Below the pieces are notes generated by a model, which was given only the letters and a program-made list of their open reading frames with translations, was not told the DNA's origin and ran no database searches. Shown in pieces: positions 17,820 through 27,403 of a stretch of 64,000 nt of DNA (positions within the stretch are counted from its first letter, which is position 1; each line of letters starts with the position of its first letter). Origin of the DNA: Clostridia bacterium. Its GTDB lineage: Bacteria; Bacillota; Clostridia; Christensenellales; CAG-917. The translations under genes were made by a program, and so were the position numbers. Where the stretch lies: contig JAFZMH010000006.1 of the NCBI GenBank assembly GCA_017553325.1, positions 25,759 to 89,758 on the forward strand, in the 5' to 3' direction.

Positions 17820-19684
17820 TTGATTATTGTGATTTCACCAATGCCGTCCAGCCCGTAGCCGCCGAACTTAGTTATGCGTTTTTTAAACTCGTCGCTTGTC
17901 AAAACCTCGACAAATCTCTTGACTCTTTCGTCCTCCAAGAGTTTGACGGGGACGAGGAAATCATAGTGCTCTTCGCCGACGGGGACGAAGTCGAGCCCCA
18001 TACTGTTGGCGGCGGAATATACGCCCATACCGCAGTCAACGACGCCTGCTTTCACAACGCTTGCGACCGCAAGGTGGGTGGTGTATTCCTTTTTATAGCC
18101 AACGATTTCGTCCGACGACATAGCTTCTTTTTTCAAAAGATAGTCAAACAAAAGGCGGGTGCCTGCGCCGTTTTGGCGGTTGGCAAACGAGTAGCCGTTT
18201 TTGAGATCTTTGACAGAAACGATATGTTTAGGATTGCCTTTTGGCACGATAAAACCTTGAATGCGTTTTAATCCGCGTATCAACGCCATACTTTCGGACG
18301 GGAAATATTTTTGCACGTAGGACACGTTGTATTCGCCGTTGTCGTCAAGTAGGTGTATCGGGGCGACGTGAGCGGAGCCGCTCTTCAATGCAAGTATGCC
18401 GCCCATGCTTCCGACGTGAGCGGAGACGACGGGCATCATATCGCCTATGACGTCAACTGCGACGTCGTGGCTGCCTATGATGACGATATTGTCCTTGATG
18501 GCTTGCTCGGTGTTGTAAAGCTCCACAGTGACTTTCTCGCCCGCTTCAATGCCTTCGCTGTGCTTGGGCACGTCAACGATGCCGTCCGCTTTGATTATGC
18601 TCATGACTTGCGATGCGCCGCGGGAGAGCGGAGTGGCAAAATACTCGCCGTCCACGCAGCCGAGCGCAACGCGCAGATATTCTTCGTTTTTGAGAGACGA
18701 GATGACGCGCTTGGTGAGAGTTGCCTCAATCGTTTGGCGCGTGCTTAAACGAAGTCCGAGCAGTGTTTCGATGAGCGGTTTGACGACCTTCTCCATAACG
18801 AGATAGGCGGAGACGGGATAGCCGGGAACGCCGACGACCGCTTTGCCGTCCACTATGCCGAGAATGGTCGGCTTGCCCGGTTTGATGGCAAGACCGTGTG
18901 CCACGACCGTGCCGAGTTCTTCAATGACGGACTTGGTGAAATCCTTCGTGCCCGCGGACGAGCCCGCGTTGATGAGCACCACGTCGCTCTCTTTGAGAGC
19001 GGTGATGAGAGTTTGCTTTAAAATTTCTCTGTCGTCGCGCACGATATCGAGACGCTTCGGCACTCCGCCGTATTCTTCGACGAGTGCCGCAAAGACGCGG
19101 CTGTTGCTCTCCATAAGTTTGCCGACGGCGAGTTCGTCTGCGTGTTCGACCATCTCTTCGCCTGTCGGAATGATTGACACGAACGGTTTTTTGACGACGG
19201 AAATCTTCTCGTTGCCCGATGCCAAAATTGCGCCTATGTCCATTGGACGAACTTGACGGCGAGAGGGGAGAACCATCTCGGTTGCCGCAACCGTTTCGCC
19301 CACGCAACGCAAATGTTGATAGGGACGAGACGGGGAAGTTATCGTGGCTTCGCCGTCCTTCAAGATGACGTCCTCGATCATAATCACGCTGTCAAACGGT
19401 GATTTGACCGCACCGCCAGTGTTGACGTATTCGTATTGACCTTGCTTCAAGGTCAGCGGATTGACTTCCGTTGCGGTGAGCGTGTCTTTTGAGCACACGG
19501 CGATGCCGTCCATTGCGGACGCATTGTAAGTCGGATCGCAGACACGAGCGTATATGGCTTCTGCCGTCACTCTGCCGGACGCACGAGCGGCGTCGATTTG
19601 TTCGGCGCCGAGACGGGAGAAGTTTTGAAGATATGCCGACAAGGTCTCGGCAAAATCGTTGTTGTCAATGTATGTGTTTCTCAT
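17816..19684 (-). CDS. moeA: MoeA fused to a C-terminal PBP (LysR-substrate-like) domain
   Basis: SAMDGIA, GSSAG, IKPGKP, PGYP, then GSHD, GSMGG, NRQNGAGTR; start reset to ATG 19684. Confidence 0.9.
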   Translation of the reverse strand: MRNTYIDNNDFAETLSAYLQNFSRLGAEQIDAARASGRVTAEAIYARVCDPTYNASAMDGIAVCSKDTLTATEVNPLTLKQGQYEYVNTGGAVKSPFDSVIMIEDVILKDGEATITSPSRPYQHLRCVGETVAATEMVLPSRRQVRPMDIGAILASGNEKISVVKKPFVSIIPTGEEMVEHADELAVGKLMESNSRVFAALVEEYGGVPKRLDIVRDDREILKQTLITALKESDVVLINAGSSAGTKDFTKSVIEELGTVVAHGLAIKPGKPTILGIVDGKAVVGVPGYPVSAYLVMEKVVKPLIETLLGLRLSTRQTIEATLTKRVISSLKNEEYLRVALGCVDGEYFATPLSRGASQVMSIIKADGIVDVPKHSEGIEAGEKVTVELYNTEQAIKDNIVIIGSHDVAVDVIGDMMPVVSAHVGSMGGILALKSGSAHVAPIHLLDDNGEYNVSYVQKYFPSESMALIRGLKRIQGFIVPKGNPKHIVSVKDLKNGYSFANRQNGAGTRLLFDYLLKKEAMSSDEIVGYKKEYTTHLAVASVVKAGVVDCGMGVYSAANSMGLDFVPVGEEHYDFLVPVKLLEDERVKRFVEVLTSDEFKKRITKFGGYGLDGIGEITIIK

Positions 19685-20907
19685 AAAATCCCCTTGTTTG
19701 AAAAAGGATAAACTTTCAAAAGTGTTCCGCAATACATTCCTTCTGCGGTCTCCGGCAATACGACGTAGCCGTCCGCTTTCAAAGCGGAGTAGAGATGCGC
19801 GGATTTCAAGAATATCGGAGAGGCGGCGTATTTTTCACCGTCAAATTCCACCTTTACGGGCTGCAAAGTCGTGCGTCCCGGGCTGGACGGGAAGTTGGTG
19901 GCGGCGTAGGCATACACAAAAGATTGCTTTTCACCGCGCAGAGATTTCACCACGCTATGGCATATCGTTTGGAAAACGCAGAGCGCTGCAAACGGATTGC
20001 CGGGGAGTCCGAACACGGTTTTTTCTCCGAATTTTGCAATAATCGTCGGTTTGCCGGGTTTGAGTGCAAGTCCGTGCAAAAGGATTTTGCCCGATGACAA
20101 AACCTTTTCCGTCAAGTCTTTTGCGCCGATTGAACTTCCGCCTGACACAAGCACCCAATCTGCTTTTTCAAGCGCGTTTGAGAGTGCGGAGCGGAAGAGC
20201 TCTTCATTGTCTGGAATGCGAACGAAGTTCACGACTTCGTAGCCGTCGTCCATAAGCATTGCGGTGAGAAGAGACGTATTTACGTCTCTTATTTTGCCGT
20301 TTTCCGCTTTTTCGGACACGGACACGAGTTCGTCGCCCGTCGAGATGATGGCGACTTTGATTTTGTCATAGACGTTCACCGTTTCAATGCCGACGGATGA
20401 AAACACGCCGACCATGAGCGGAGTGACGGTCTCGCCGCGCTTTGCAACGACGTCTTGCGGCTTGACTTCTTCGCCATACAGAACCGTGTTTTCCCATTGC
20501 TTGACGGGGGAGTAAACTGCGAGTTCGCCGTCAAGCTCTTCGACGTGCTCCACCATAACGACGGCGTTTGCGCCTTTTGGCAACACTCCGCCCGTTGCGA
20601 TTTGGATTGCCTCGCCCTTTTCAAGCGAGATTGTCGGCATTTCGCCCATAAGGATTTTGCCTTTTATCTTCAAAAATGCGGGGATTGACGCGCTTGAACA
20701 GTAGGCGTCTTCCGCGCGGATTGCAAAGCCGTCCACGGTTGAACGGGTGTATGGGGGGAAGAAGTCGGGGGATTTGACGTCTTCGGCAAGGACAAAATTC
20801 ACCGCATCCGCGGTGTTTTTGTTCGTCTTTTCAAGCGCTCTCTTTTTCAAGCGTTCTTCGACAATCCTTTTGCAGTCGTCAAGCGACGTCACGTTGAAAA
20901 ATTTCAT
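19681..20907 (-). CDS. moeA: molybdopterin metal insertase MoeA
   Basis: STVDGFA, STGDEL, SGGSSIG, KPGKP, LPGNP; start reset to ATG 20907. Confidence 0.92.
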   Translation of the reverse strand: MKFFNVTSLDDCKRIVEERLKKRALEKTNKNTADAVNFVLAEDVKSPDFFPPYTRSTVDGFAIRAEDAYCSSASIPAFLKIKGKILMGEMPTISLEKGEAIQIATGGVLPKGANAVVMVEHVEELDGELAVYSPVKQWENTVLYGEEVKPQDVVAKRGETVTPLMVGVFSSVGIETVNVYDKIKVAIISTGDELVSVSEKAENGKIRDVNTSLLTAMLMDDGYEVVNFVRIPDNEELFRSALSNALEKADWVLVSGGSSIGAKDLTEKVLSSGKILLHGLALKPGKPTIIAKFGEKTVFGLPGNPFAALCVFQTICHSVVKSLRGEKQSFVYAYAATNFPSSPGRTTLQPVKVEFDGEKYAASPIFLKSAHLYSALKADGYVVLPETAEGMYCGTLLKVYPFSNKGIL

Positions 20908-20908
20908 A

Positions 20909-21385
20909 TCAGTTGTCTGCAATCCCGAGCAATATGCCGAGTCCGTGCTCCAAGACGGGAGCGATGATTTCCAAACTCTCTTCGACGGCTTTTCTTGAGC
21001 CGGGAAGGTTGATAATCCAAGTTTTGTTTTTGAGTCCCGACGTTGCACGCGAGAGCATGGCGTTCTTGGTGATCTCCAAGGATTTTGCGCGGATCGCTTC
21101 GCTGATGCCGGGGACGTCTCTGTCTATCACGGCTTTGGTGGCTTCGGGGACGACGTCGCGGGGAGAAAATCCCGTGCCGCCCGAAGTCAAGACGAGGTTA
21201 ATCTCGTCTTTGACATAACTCTCAAGTTTTTCTTTGAGTTTGTCGTAGTCATCGGAAAGTATTGAATAATCGACTACGTCGTAGCCGAGTTCCGTGAGTT
21301 TTTCTTTGAGATATATTCCGCTCTTGTCGGGATACACGCCCTTAAAAGCCCTGTCGCTCGATACCAAAACCGCTGCCGTAAACAT
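20909..21385 (-). CDS. mog: molybdopterin adenylyltransferase (MogA/MoaB family)
   Basis: SSDR, DKSG, TSGGTGFSPRD, NLPGS. Confidence 0.9.
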   Translation of the reverse strand: MFTAAVLVSSDRAFKGVYPDKSGIYLKEKLTELGYDVVDYSILSDDYDKLKEKLESYVKDEINLVLTSGGTGFSPRDVVPEATKAVIDRDVPGISEAIRAKSLEITKNAMLSRATSGLKNKTWIINLPGSRKAVEESLEIIAPVLEHGLGILLGIADN

Positions 21386-21386
21386 A

Positions 21387-21992
21387 TTACACCTTTATAA
21401 CGTCGATGGTGAATGAGTCGAGATCCACCAAGACGAGTTTGTTTTTTATTTCTTCCGTTTCGTCCGCCATGAGTTTGTTTAGAAGCGCCACTTGCAAAGA
21501 AGCAACCGTTGCGACGGTGAAAGCGTTCGTTCGGTGCGGTTGTTCGGTGTGGTTTGCATAAAACTTTGAAAGCGTCTTGTCGCCGGGGAAGCACACGCAC
21601 GCCTGACCGAAACTGCCCTCAAGCCCGCCGTGCACGAAAATCTTGCCACGCTCTTCGCACTTCTTTTCAATGAAAAGACGCGCCTTTGCCGTGTCGACGC
21701 AATCCATGACGACGTCGACGGAGTCGAGAAGGGAGGCATTGTCTTCGCTGAAAAATTCGGGGACGGCGGTGACGTGAGTTCTTCCTTTGCGCTCAAGTCG
21801 AGATTTATACACGAGCGCCTTGTTTTTGCCGAGTGTGTCGAGTCCGCTCTCAAGTTGACGGTTCATATTGCTCTCGGCAAAAACGTCTCCGTCCACAAGG
21901 ACGAGATTTTGTATACCTAGACGGGCAAGTTCTTCGATGACGAAGCCGCCGAGCCCTCCGCAACCTATGACCATGACGGACTCAATTCTCAT
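21387..21992 (-). CDS. ThiF/MoeB family adenylyltransferase
   Basis: GCGGLG, DGDVFAESNMNRQ, DCVD; start reset to ATG 21992; adjacent to moaD. Confidence 0.85.
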   Translation of the reverse strand: MRIESVMVIGCGGLGGFVIEELARLGIQNLVLVDGDVFAESNMNRQLESGLDTLGKNKALVYKSRLERKGRTHVTAVPEFFSEDNASLLDSVDVVMDCVDTAKARLFIEKKCEERGKIFVHGGLEGSFGQACVCFPGDKTLSKFYANHTEQPHRTNAFTVATVASLQVALLNKLMADETEEIKNKLVLVDLDSFTIDVIKV

Positions 21993-21994
21993 TA

Positions 21995-22240
21995 TCAGCC
22001 CCCCGTGCCGAGAGATACGACCATGACGACGTCGCCGTCTTTGAGCGGCGTTTTGTAGAGTTTCAAATCTTCGATGCTTACGTCGTTGACGTAATACATG
22101 AATTGTCTCCACGACTTTATGTTGGAATTGTATTTTGCAATGAGTTTGTCCACAAGTTCTTTGACCGTGGATGCCTCGATTCTTACTTCTCTGTCTTTGA
22201 AGTTGACGCGTGCCGCGCCGAATAATCTAACGGTAACCAT
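21995..22240 (-). CDS. moaD: MoaD/ThiS family sulfur carrier
   Basis: 81 aa ubiquitin-like; VRLFG ... LKDGD ... C-terminal GG. Confidence 0.85.
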   Translation of the reverse strand: MVTVRLFGAARVNFKDREVRIEASTVKELVDKLIAKYNSNIKSWRQFMYYVNDVSIEDLKLYKTPLKDGDVVMVVSLGTGG

Positions 22241-22241
22241 A

Positions 22242-24143
22242 TTATTCTCCTATCTTCAAGCGGCGAAGAAGTTTCTTCGTCGGTCTGCCTTCCTTGTCCC
22301 AGAAGCGAGTGCGATAATACTTTTTGACGAGTTTGTCAAGCGGCACTTTGCTCTTCGGATTGTTCGGATTTTGCAGTTCGTCCGTCAAGCGCGCGGGCAG
22401 AGAGTCGTCGTCCTTGGTGAGCCCCAAGTTTATATCGATGAGACGCTCGAGGTTGTAGCCGCGCTCGCCGAGCCGCAAGAACTTGCCGAAAGTCATATTC
22501 ATGCCCGTTGCCGCTTTGATTGCCTTCGGATGCGGAAGCATATAGCACGGGAGTTGGAATGCGAGTGCCGTCGGGAAGCGGAGCAAGAATTTGAGCACGA
22601 GCCCGACCTTTGTGAATGCTTTATTGAGGAAGCGCGTGAATCCGCCTTGCGGATTGACGAGGACGGGGGCGGGGAGAACGGCGTAGGTTGTGAACAAACA
22701 ACTGCCGCCTGCGCTTGCCGCTTCCATAAGGTCTTGGAAGGTGATACAGAGCGCCGCCTTGCCGAACGTGGTGTACGGGTCAACCGTGAGCATAAGACCT
22801 TCGAGCACGACGAGATAGCCGCCGTTTAGGTGACAACCGCCGCGGTTGGCTACTGCGTAGCCAAGTCCGTGTCCGACTGCTCCACGTGGTTCGTATGCCG
22901 CAAGTTCCATACCCTTTGCGTTCATTGCGAATTCCTTGCCGCCGTATTTGTCCGAAAGACGCTTGCTGCCCTCGGCGATTTCGTCGCCTATGCCGCGTCT
23001 GAATGCCGTGTCTTCAATGAGCTTGGTGATATTGTCGATCTTGCCGAATTCAAGCCCGTTGTCCCACATATGCTTTTCGTTGCATTCCATTGCAAACGAA
23101 AGCGTGTCAGCAAAGGAAATCGTGTCCATACCGTACTCGTCGAGATAGAAGTTCCAGTCAAGTATGCTTTGCATATCGCGGTTCAATATGTTTGCGCCGA
23201 GAAGTCCGAGCGTTTCGAGTTCCGGTCCTTTGACCTCTTTGCCGTCGACTTTGACCACGCGTTTGCAGCGGATAGGGCAGGTCGTGCAGCCCTCGTTGCG
23301 AACGAGATAATTGTCGTGAAGTTCTTCGCCGCTGACGTCTTCGAAATATTCATATCTGCCGCGGCTGTAGTTCTTGGTGGCAAGAAGGTTTCTCGCGTGC
23401 ATCGGAGCCACAAGTCCCGCCGTGCCGAGAGCAGGCATTTGAACGCCGGTTGCCGGATGCGTTTTGAGCTTTTTCGTCCACTTCGCACACACTTCGCGGA
23501 GTTTTCTTTGGTTGTAAACCTTGGGCATGACGTGTCCTTCCGCGACCAAGCCCTTGAGGTTTTTGGAGCCGAATACGGCACCGACACCGCCACGGCCTGC
23601 AACTCTGTCGTCGCTGACTACGCAAGCGTAACGCACGAGATTTTCGCCTGCGGGACCGATGACGAATTTGTCGCCCTTGTCGGGGATGGCGGCTTGAGCA
23701 TCCGTAGTTTTGAGTCCCCAGATTGCATCGGCGTTTTTGAATTCAACGCCGTCGCGTGTAATGCGAAGATACGTCTTTTCTTCCGCTTTGCCGACGATTA
23801 TGACCGCGTCATAACCTGCGCGCTTCAATGACAAACCGAAGTTGCCGCCGCAGTTGGATGACGTATAAAATCCCGTGAGCGGTGAAATCGTGCTCGTGTT
23901 GAAACGTGAAGAGCAGGGCGCGCCGACCGCAGTCAACGGGCTCGTGGTGATGACGATCATATTTTCGGGGGAATAAGGATCGATTTTCTGCTTGATGTTG
24001 TCGTAGATGATTTTGGCCGCCATGATTTTGCCGCCGACGAACAATTCTCTCTCTTTGTCGGAGAAAGGATAATCCGTGACGGTTTTGGTGGTCAAATCAA
24101 TTTTGATGACTTTGCCCATGTATGCCATTAATGGTTGTTTCAT
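22242..24143 (-). CDS. aor: aldehyde:ferredoxin oxidoreductase (tungsten oxidoreductase family)
   Basis: SPLTG, IGPAGENLV, GRGGVGAVFGSKNLK, CTTCPIRC, DEYGMDTIS, YEPRG, RGGCH. Confidence 0.92.
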   Translation of the reverse strand: MKQPLMAYMGKVIKIDLTTKTVTDYPFSDKERELFVGGKIMAAKIIYDNIKQKIDPYSPENMIVITTSPLTAVGAPCSSRFNTSTISPLTGFYTSSNCGGNFGLSLKRAGYDAVIIVGKAEEKTYLRITRDGVEFKNADAIWGLKTTDAQAAIPDKGDKFVIGPAGENLVRYACVVSDDRVAGRGGVGAVFGSKNLKGLVAEGHVMPKVYNQRKLREVCAKWTKKLKTHPATGVQMPALGTAGLVAPMHARNLLATKNYSRGRYEYFEDVSGEELHDNYLVRNEGCTTCPIRCKRVVKVDGKEVKGPELETLGLLGANILNRDMQSILDWNFYLDEYGMDTISFADTLSFAMECNEKHMWDNGLEFGKIDNITKLIEDTAFRRGIGDEIAEGSKRLSDKYGGKEFAMNAKGMELAAYEPRGAVGHGLGYAVANRGGCHLNGGYLVVLEGLMLTVDPYTTFGKAALCITFQDLMEAASAGGSCLFTTYAVLPAPVLVNPQGGFTRFLNKAFTKVGLVLKFLLRFPTALAFQLPCYMLPHPKAIKAATGMNMTFGKFLRLGERGYNLERLIDINLGLTKDDDSLPARLTDELQNPNNPKSKVPLDKLVKKYYRTRFWDKEGRPTKKLLRRLKIGE

Positions 24144-24144
24144 A

Positions 24145-24549
24145 TCAGTTGTTCCTTTTTCCTTTTTGGTTTAAGAGATATTTTTTTTCGGCGATGATAG
24201 CGCCTTTTTTGCAGGTCTTTTCACACACGCCGCATTTGATACATTTTTCTTGATCGATTGTGAATTTCTCTTTGATTTTGCCGGAGATTGCGCCGACGGG
24301 GCAGTTTCTGCTGCACAACGAACAACCGATGCAGGCATCGCCGATCTCAACGTGAGTGACGACTTGTTGAGACGTGTTGCATTCTATTGCGGAAGCAACG
24401 CAAGAAGAAAAGCAAATGCCGCAGCGTTTGCACTTTTCGGGATCGATCTCCCACACTTTTTCTTCAACGTTGTGGATCAAACTTCCAAACGGACAAACGT
24501 AGTTGCAATAACCGCAATCCACGCATTTTGATTTGTTGATAACAAACAT
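24145..24549 (-). CDS. polyferredoxin with four CxxCxxCxxxC motifs
   Basis: CVDCGYCNYVCP, CKRCGICFSSC, CIGCSLCSRNCP, CIKCGVCEKTC. Confidence 0.9.
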   Translation of the reverse strand: MFVINKSKCVDCGYCNYVCPFGSLIHNVEEKVWEIDPEKCKRCGICFSSCVASAIECNTSQQVVTHVEIGDACIGCSLCSRNCPVGAISGKIKEKFTIDQEKCIKCGVCEKTCKKGAIIAEKKYLLNQKGKRNN

Positions 24550-24661
24550 AAATTTCCCCCATAAAGCGAACGAAAGTTCGTCGATATGATATATATTATA
24601 ATATCATATTCAATTTCAAAGTCAAGCCCCAAATTGCGCGGGGACAATCTCAAAATCACTA

Positions 24662-24690
24662 TTGACAGTATATTTTGAAAGGTCTATAAT
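24662..24690 (+). promoter_or_regulatory. consensus sigma-A promoter of tupABC
   Basis: TTGACA, 17 nt, TATAAT. Confidence 0.85.
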
Positions 24691-24696
24691 TTAAGC

Positions 24697-24790
24697 AATC
24701 CGATCCATTTTGCCTAAAGCTAAGCCATGGCGACTTGGACGGTAGGGTGCGTTTGGAAACGGGCGCGCCTCCCATTGTGGAAAGGAGAAA
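24697..24790 (+). ncRNA. Moco RNA motif riboswitch, apparently the P3-less (tungsten cofactor) variant
   Basis: CCGA...CCTAA...ATGG...GGTAGGGTGCG-TTTG-GAAA-CGGG-CGCGCC-TCCC...TGGAAAGGAG ending in the SD of tupA. Confidence 0.8.
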
Positions 24791-24794
24791 ATTT

Positions 24795-25766
24795 ATGAAA
24801 AAAGGTTTCAAACTCATCGCATTGGTGTGCATCTTTGCATTGCTTTTCACCTGTTTGACGCTTGTCGCTTGCAACAAGAAAACGCCTGAAAAAATCGTTC
24901 GCATCTCCACGACGACCTCTGTCAACGACAGCGGCCTTATGGAATATCTGCGTCCGTATTTTGAAGCGGACACGGGCTATAAGTGGGAGATTTCTTCCGC
25001 AGGCACAGGCGCAGCAATCGCAGCGGCAACCTACGGCAACGCAGATGTCATTCTCGTCCACTCCAAGAAGTCCGAAGAAGAATTCGTCGCAGGTGGCTTC
25101 TCATACGTCGTTGACGGCTATGCGGCAGAACGCGTGTCCTTCATGCACAATTTCTTCGTGCTCGTCGGCCCGTCAACCGATCCCGCACGCGTGAAAGCGG
25201 TTAAGAATCAATCGGGCACAACCGTCAAAGACGGTTTTGCAGCTATCGCAGAGCATGAAAGCACATTCATCAGTCGTGGCGACAAATCAGGCACACACAA
25301 CAAGGAAATTACGTTGTGGCCGGAATCCGTCGGCATTGTGGACAACAACGTTGCAAACATTCCGGAGGGCATCAAGGGCTGGTATAAATCTCTTGGCGCA
25401 GGTATGGGTGCTTGCCTTCTTGCCGCACAACAACAAAACGGCTATGTCCTCACTGACAAAGCAACATTCCTCTCATACAAGAACGCATCGGACGGCGACC
25501 GTCTCCCGGCACTTGAAATTTTGTGGGAAGAAGACTCCGCAATGAAGAACACCTATTCAATCCTCTGCGTCAACAAGGATGCACCGTTCGTCAGCTCAGT
25601 GACGGGCGAAGCGCTCCCGGCAGGTTCCGTCAAGATTGACCCGGAAGCCGCAGAAGTCTTCCTCAAATGGATGACGGGCGAGCACGCATCACAACTCATC
25701 GCTGTTTACGGCGTTGAGCAATACGGCGGCAGTTTGTTCACTCTCGATTCGGGGTATAGAGCATAA
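24795..25766 (+). CDS. tupA: tungstate ABC transporter substrate-binding lipoprotein
   Basis: LVAC lipobox, TTTS motif, GTGAA, SRGDKSGTH; start reset to ATG 24795 after GGAG. Confidence 0.9.
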   Translation: MKKGFKLIALVCIFALLFTCLTLVACNKKTPEKIVRISTTTSVNDSGLMEYLRPYFEADTGYKWEISSAGTGAAIAAATYGNADVILVHSKKSEEEFVAGGFSYVVDGYAAERVSFMHNFFVLVGPSTDPARVKAVKNQSGTTVKDGFAAIAEHESTFISRGDKSGTHNKEITLWPESVGIVDNNVANIPEGIKGWYKSLGAGMGACLLAAQQQNGYVLTDKATFLSYKNASDGDRLPALEILWEEDSAMKNTYSILCVNKDAPFVSSVTGEALPAGSVKIDPEAAEVFLKWMTGEHASQLIAVYGVEQYGGSLFTLDSGYRA

Positions 25767-25795
25767 CGAAAATCATCAAAAGAAACAGTTAGATT

Positions 25796-26497
25796 ATGGG
25801 TTCTGTGTTTGAAAAAGCCGGACAACTGATCCTCGGCAAAGATCCGCTGATTGGCAGTATTCTGGGGACAACCATGTATATGGCTGTCCTCAGTTCGCTG
25901 ATTGCCTTTTTGCTGGGAGCAATAATCGGCATGCTCATTGCCAACCACAATTTCAAGGGCAAAACCGTCGTAAAAATCATACTTCGGACGCTAATGGGAT
26001 TGCCTCCCGTTGTGGTCGGCATTGTTCTTTATATCCTTTTTTCCAACACGGGACCATTTGGAGCACTAGGACTCATCTATTCCGTGCCGCTCATGATAAT
26101 CGCGCAGGTCGTGCTCATCACACCGATTGCGGCGGGCATGACGGAGAGTTCCGTCGCGTCCGTCGTCGAACTTTGCAAACCGACGCTTAAAGGACTCGGA
26201 TTGTCTCCGCTGAAACGTTTCGGATTGACGATCTTTGAATGCAAATATCAGCTCGTTTCCGTGTATCTATTCGCGTTTGCGAGGGCAATTTCCGAAGTCG
26301 GCGCGGTGCAAATCGTGGGCGGAAACATACTGTACAAAACAAGAGTCATGACAACGGCAATCGCGCTCAACTACAACACGGGCGATTTTGCTTATGCCGT
26401 GGCTCTCGGCATAATTTTGCTCGCCATAGCGCTTGCAATGAACCTCACGGCGGGCATATTGCAACTGGTGGCAAGGAGGCGTCATGATAGAGTGTAA
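25796..26497 (+). CDS. tupB: tungstate ABC transporter permease
   Basis: LMGLPPVVVG, RAISEVGA, VGGNI, TRVMTTAI. Confidence 0.9.
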   Translation: MGSVFEKAGQLILGKDPLIGSILGTTMYMAVLSSLIAFLLGAIIGMLIANHNFKGKTVVKIILRTLMGLPPVVVGIVLYILFSNTGPFGALGLIYSVPLMIIAQVVLITPIAAGMTESSVASVVELCKPTLKGLGLSPLKRFGLTIFECKYQLVSVYLFAFARAISEVGAVQIVGGNILYKTRVMTTAIALNYNTGDFAYAVALGIILLAIALAMNLTAGILQLVARRRHDRV

Positions 26498-27131
26498 AGT
26501 CAAAAAACTGTATGGCGACAAACTCGCGCTCGACGTCGATTGCTCGTTTGAAGAGGGCAAGATTTACGCCATCATAGGCAACAACGGCAGCGGCAAGAGC
26601 ACTCTGCTTAACGTACTTGCGAAGCAAGTGCGTTATGACGGCACCGTAAATGCGCCAAAAGACGTCGTGTATATGACGCAATCCGCCTACAACTTCGATT
26701 TCAGCGTCAGACGCAACGTGCTTTTGTTTACACCAAAGAAAGACGCGCAAAGAGTCAAAGAAGCCGAGCGTATGATGCAGGCGATAGGGCTTGATGCGCT
26801 CGCCAAGAAAAAAGCCAACAGATTGTCGGGCGGTGAAGGGCAGAAGACGGCACTCGTCCGCACTTTGACGCAGGATGCCAAGATTCTTCTTCTTGACGAG
26901 CCGACGTCTTCAATGGACATTTCGTCGTCGAAAATCGCCGAAGAACTGATTAAGGAGTATCGCGCGCGCACAAACTGCACGGTGTTCATCGTCACGCATT
27001 CCGTCCTTCAAGCCGAGACCATCGCCGACGAAATTCTCTTCTTCGACGGCGGCAAAATCCTCGAACGCGGCAAGGACATCATCAAAACTCCGTCCACGCC
27101 CGAACTCCAACTCTTCCTCGCCACTCGCTGA
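26484..27131 (+). CDS. tupC: tungstate ABC transporter ATPase
   Basis: GNNGSGKST, LSGGE, LLDEPT; operonic with tupAB. Confidence 0.85.
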   Translation: MIECKVKKLYGDKLALDVDCSFEEGKIYAIIGNNGSGKSTLLNVLAKQVRYDGTVNAPKDVVYMTQSAYNFDFSVRRNVLLFTPKKDAQRVKEAERMMQAIGLDALAKKKANRLSGGEGQKTALVRTLTQDAKILLLDEPTSSMDISSSKIAEELIKEYRARTNCTVFIVTHSVLQAETIADEILFFDGGKILERGKDIIKTPSTPELQLFLATR

Positions 27132-27161
27132 AAACTTTGTTTTCCCCTCAAAAACCGCAAC

Positions 27162-27298
27162 AAAAAACGAACCGAAAACGGTTCGTTTTTTAACTACTAT
27201 GGTAGGAAAGGGTTGTCCTAAAAAGAAACTAACCTATCTTTAGATAGGTTAGAAATCTGTTTTTGCATAGTTTTTCGGTGCAAAAATGTCTCACATAT
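27162..27298 (-). mobile_element. att-like junction repeat (terminator, tRNA-Ile 3'-end remnant, palindrome, arm)
   Basis: AAAACGAACC...GGTTCGTTTT hairpin; TGGTAGGAAAGGGT is 13/14 to the tRNA-Ile 3' end; CTAACCTATCT-TT-AGATAGGTTAG; direct repeat of 32717-32855. Confidence 0.8.
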
Positions 27299-27403
27299 AC
27301 AACAACCGACATTGTTGACAATTTTGAAACAAAACACTATACTGTTTGTGTAAACGGGTGGCTTTTTTATTTGCAAAAGAATATCTTGTTTTTGTGTTTG
27401 TTA

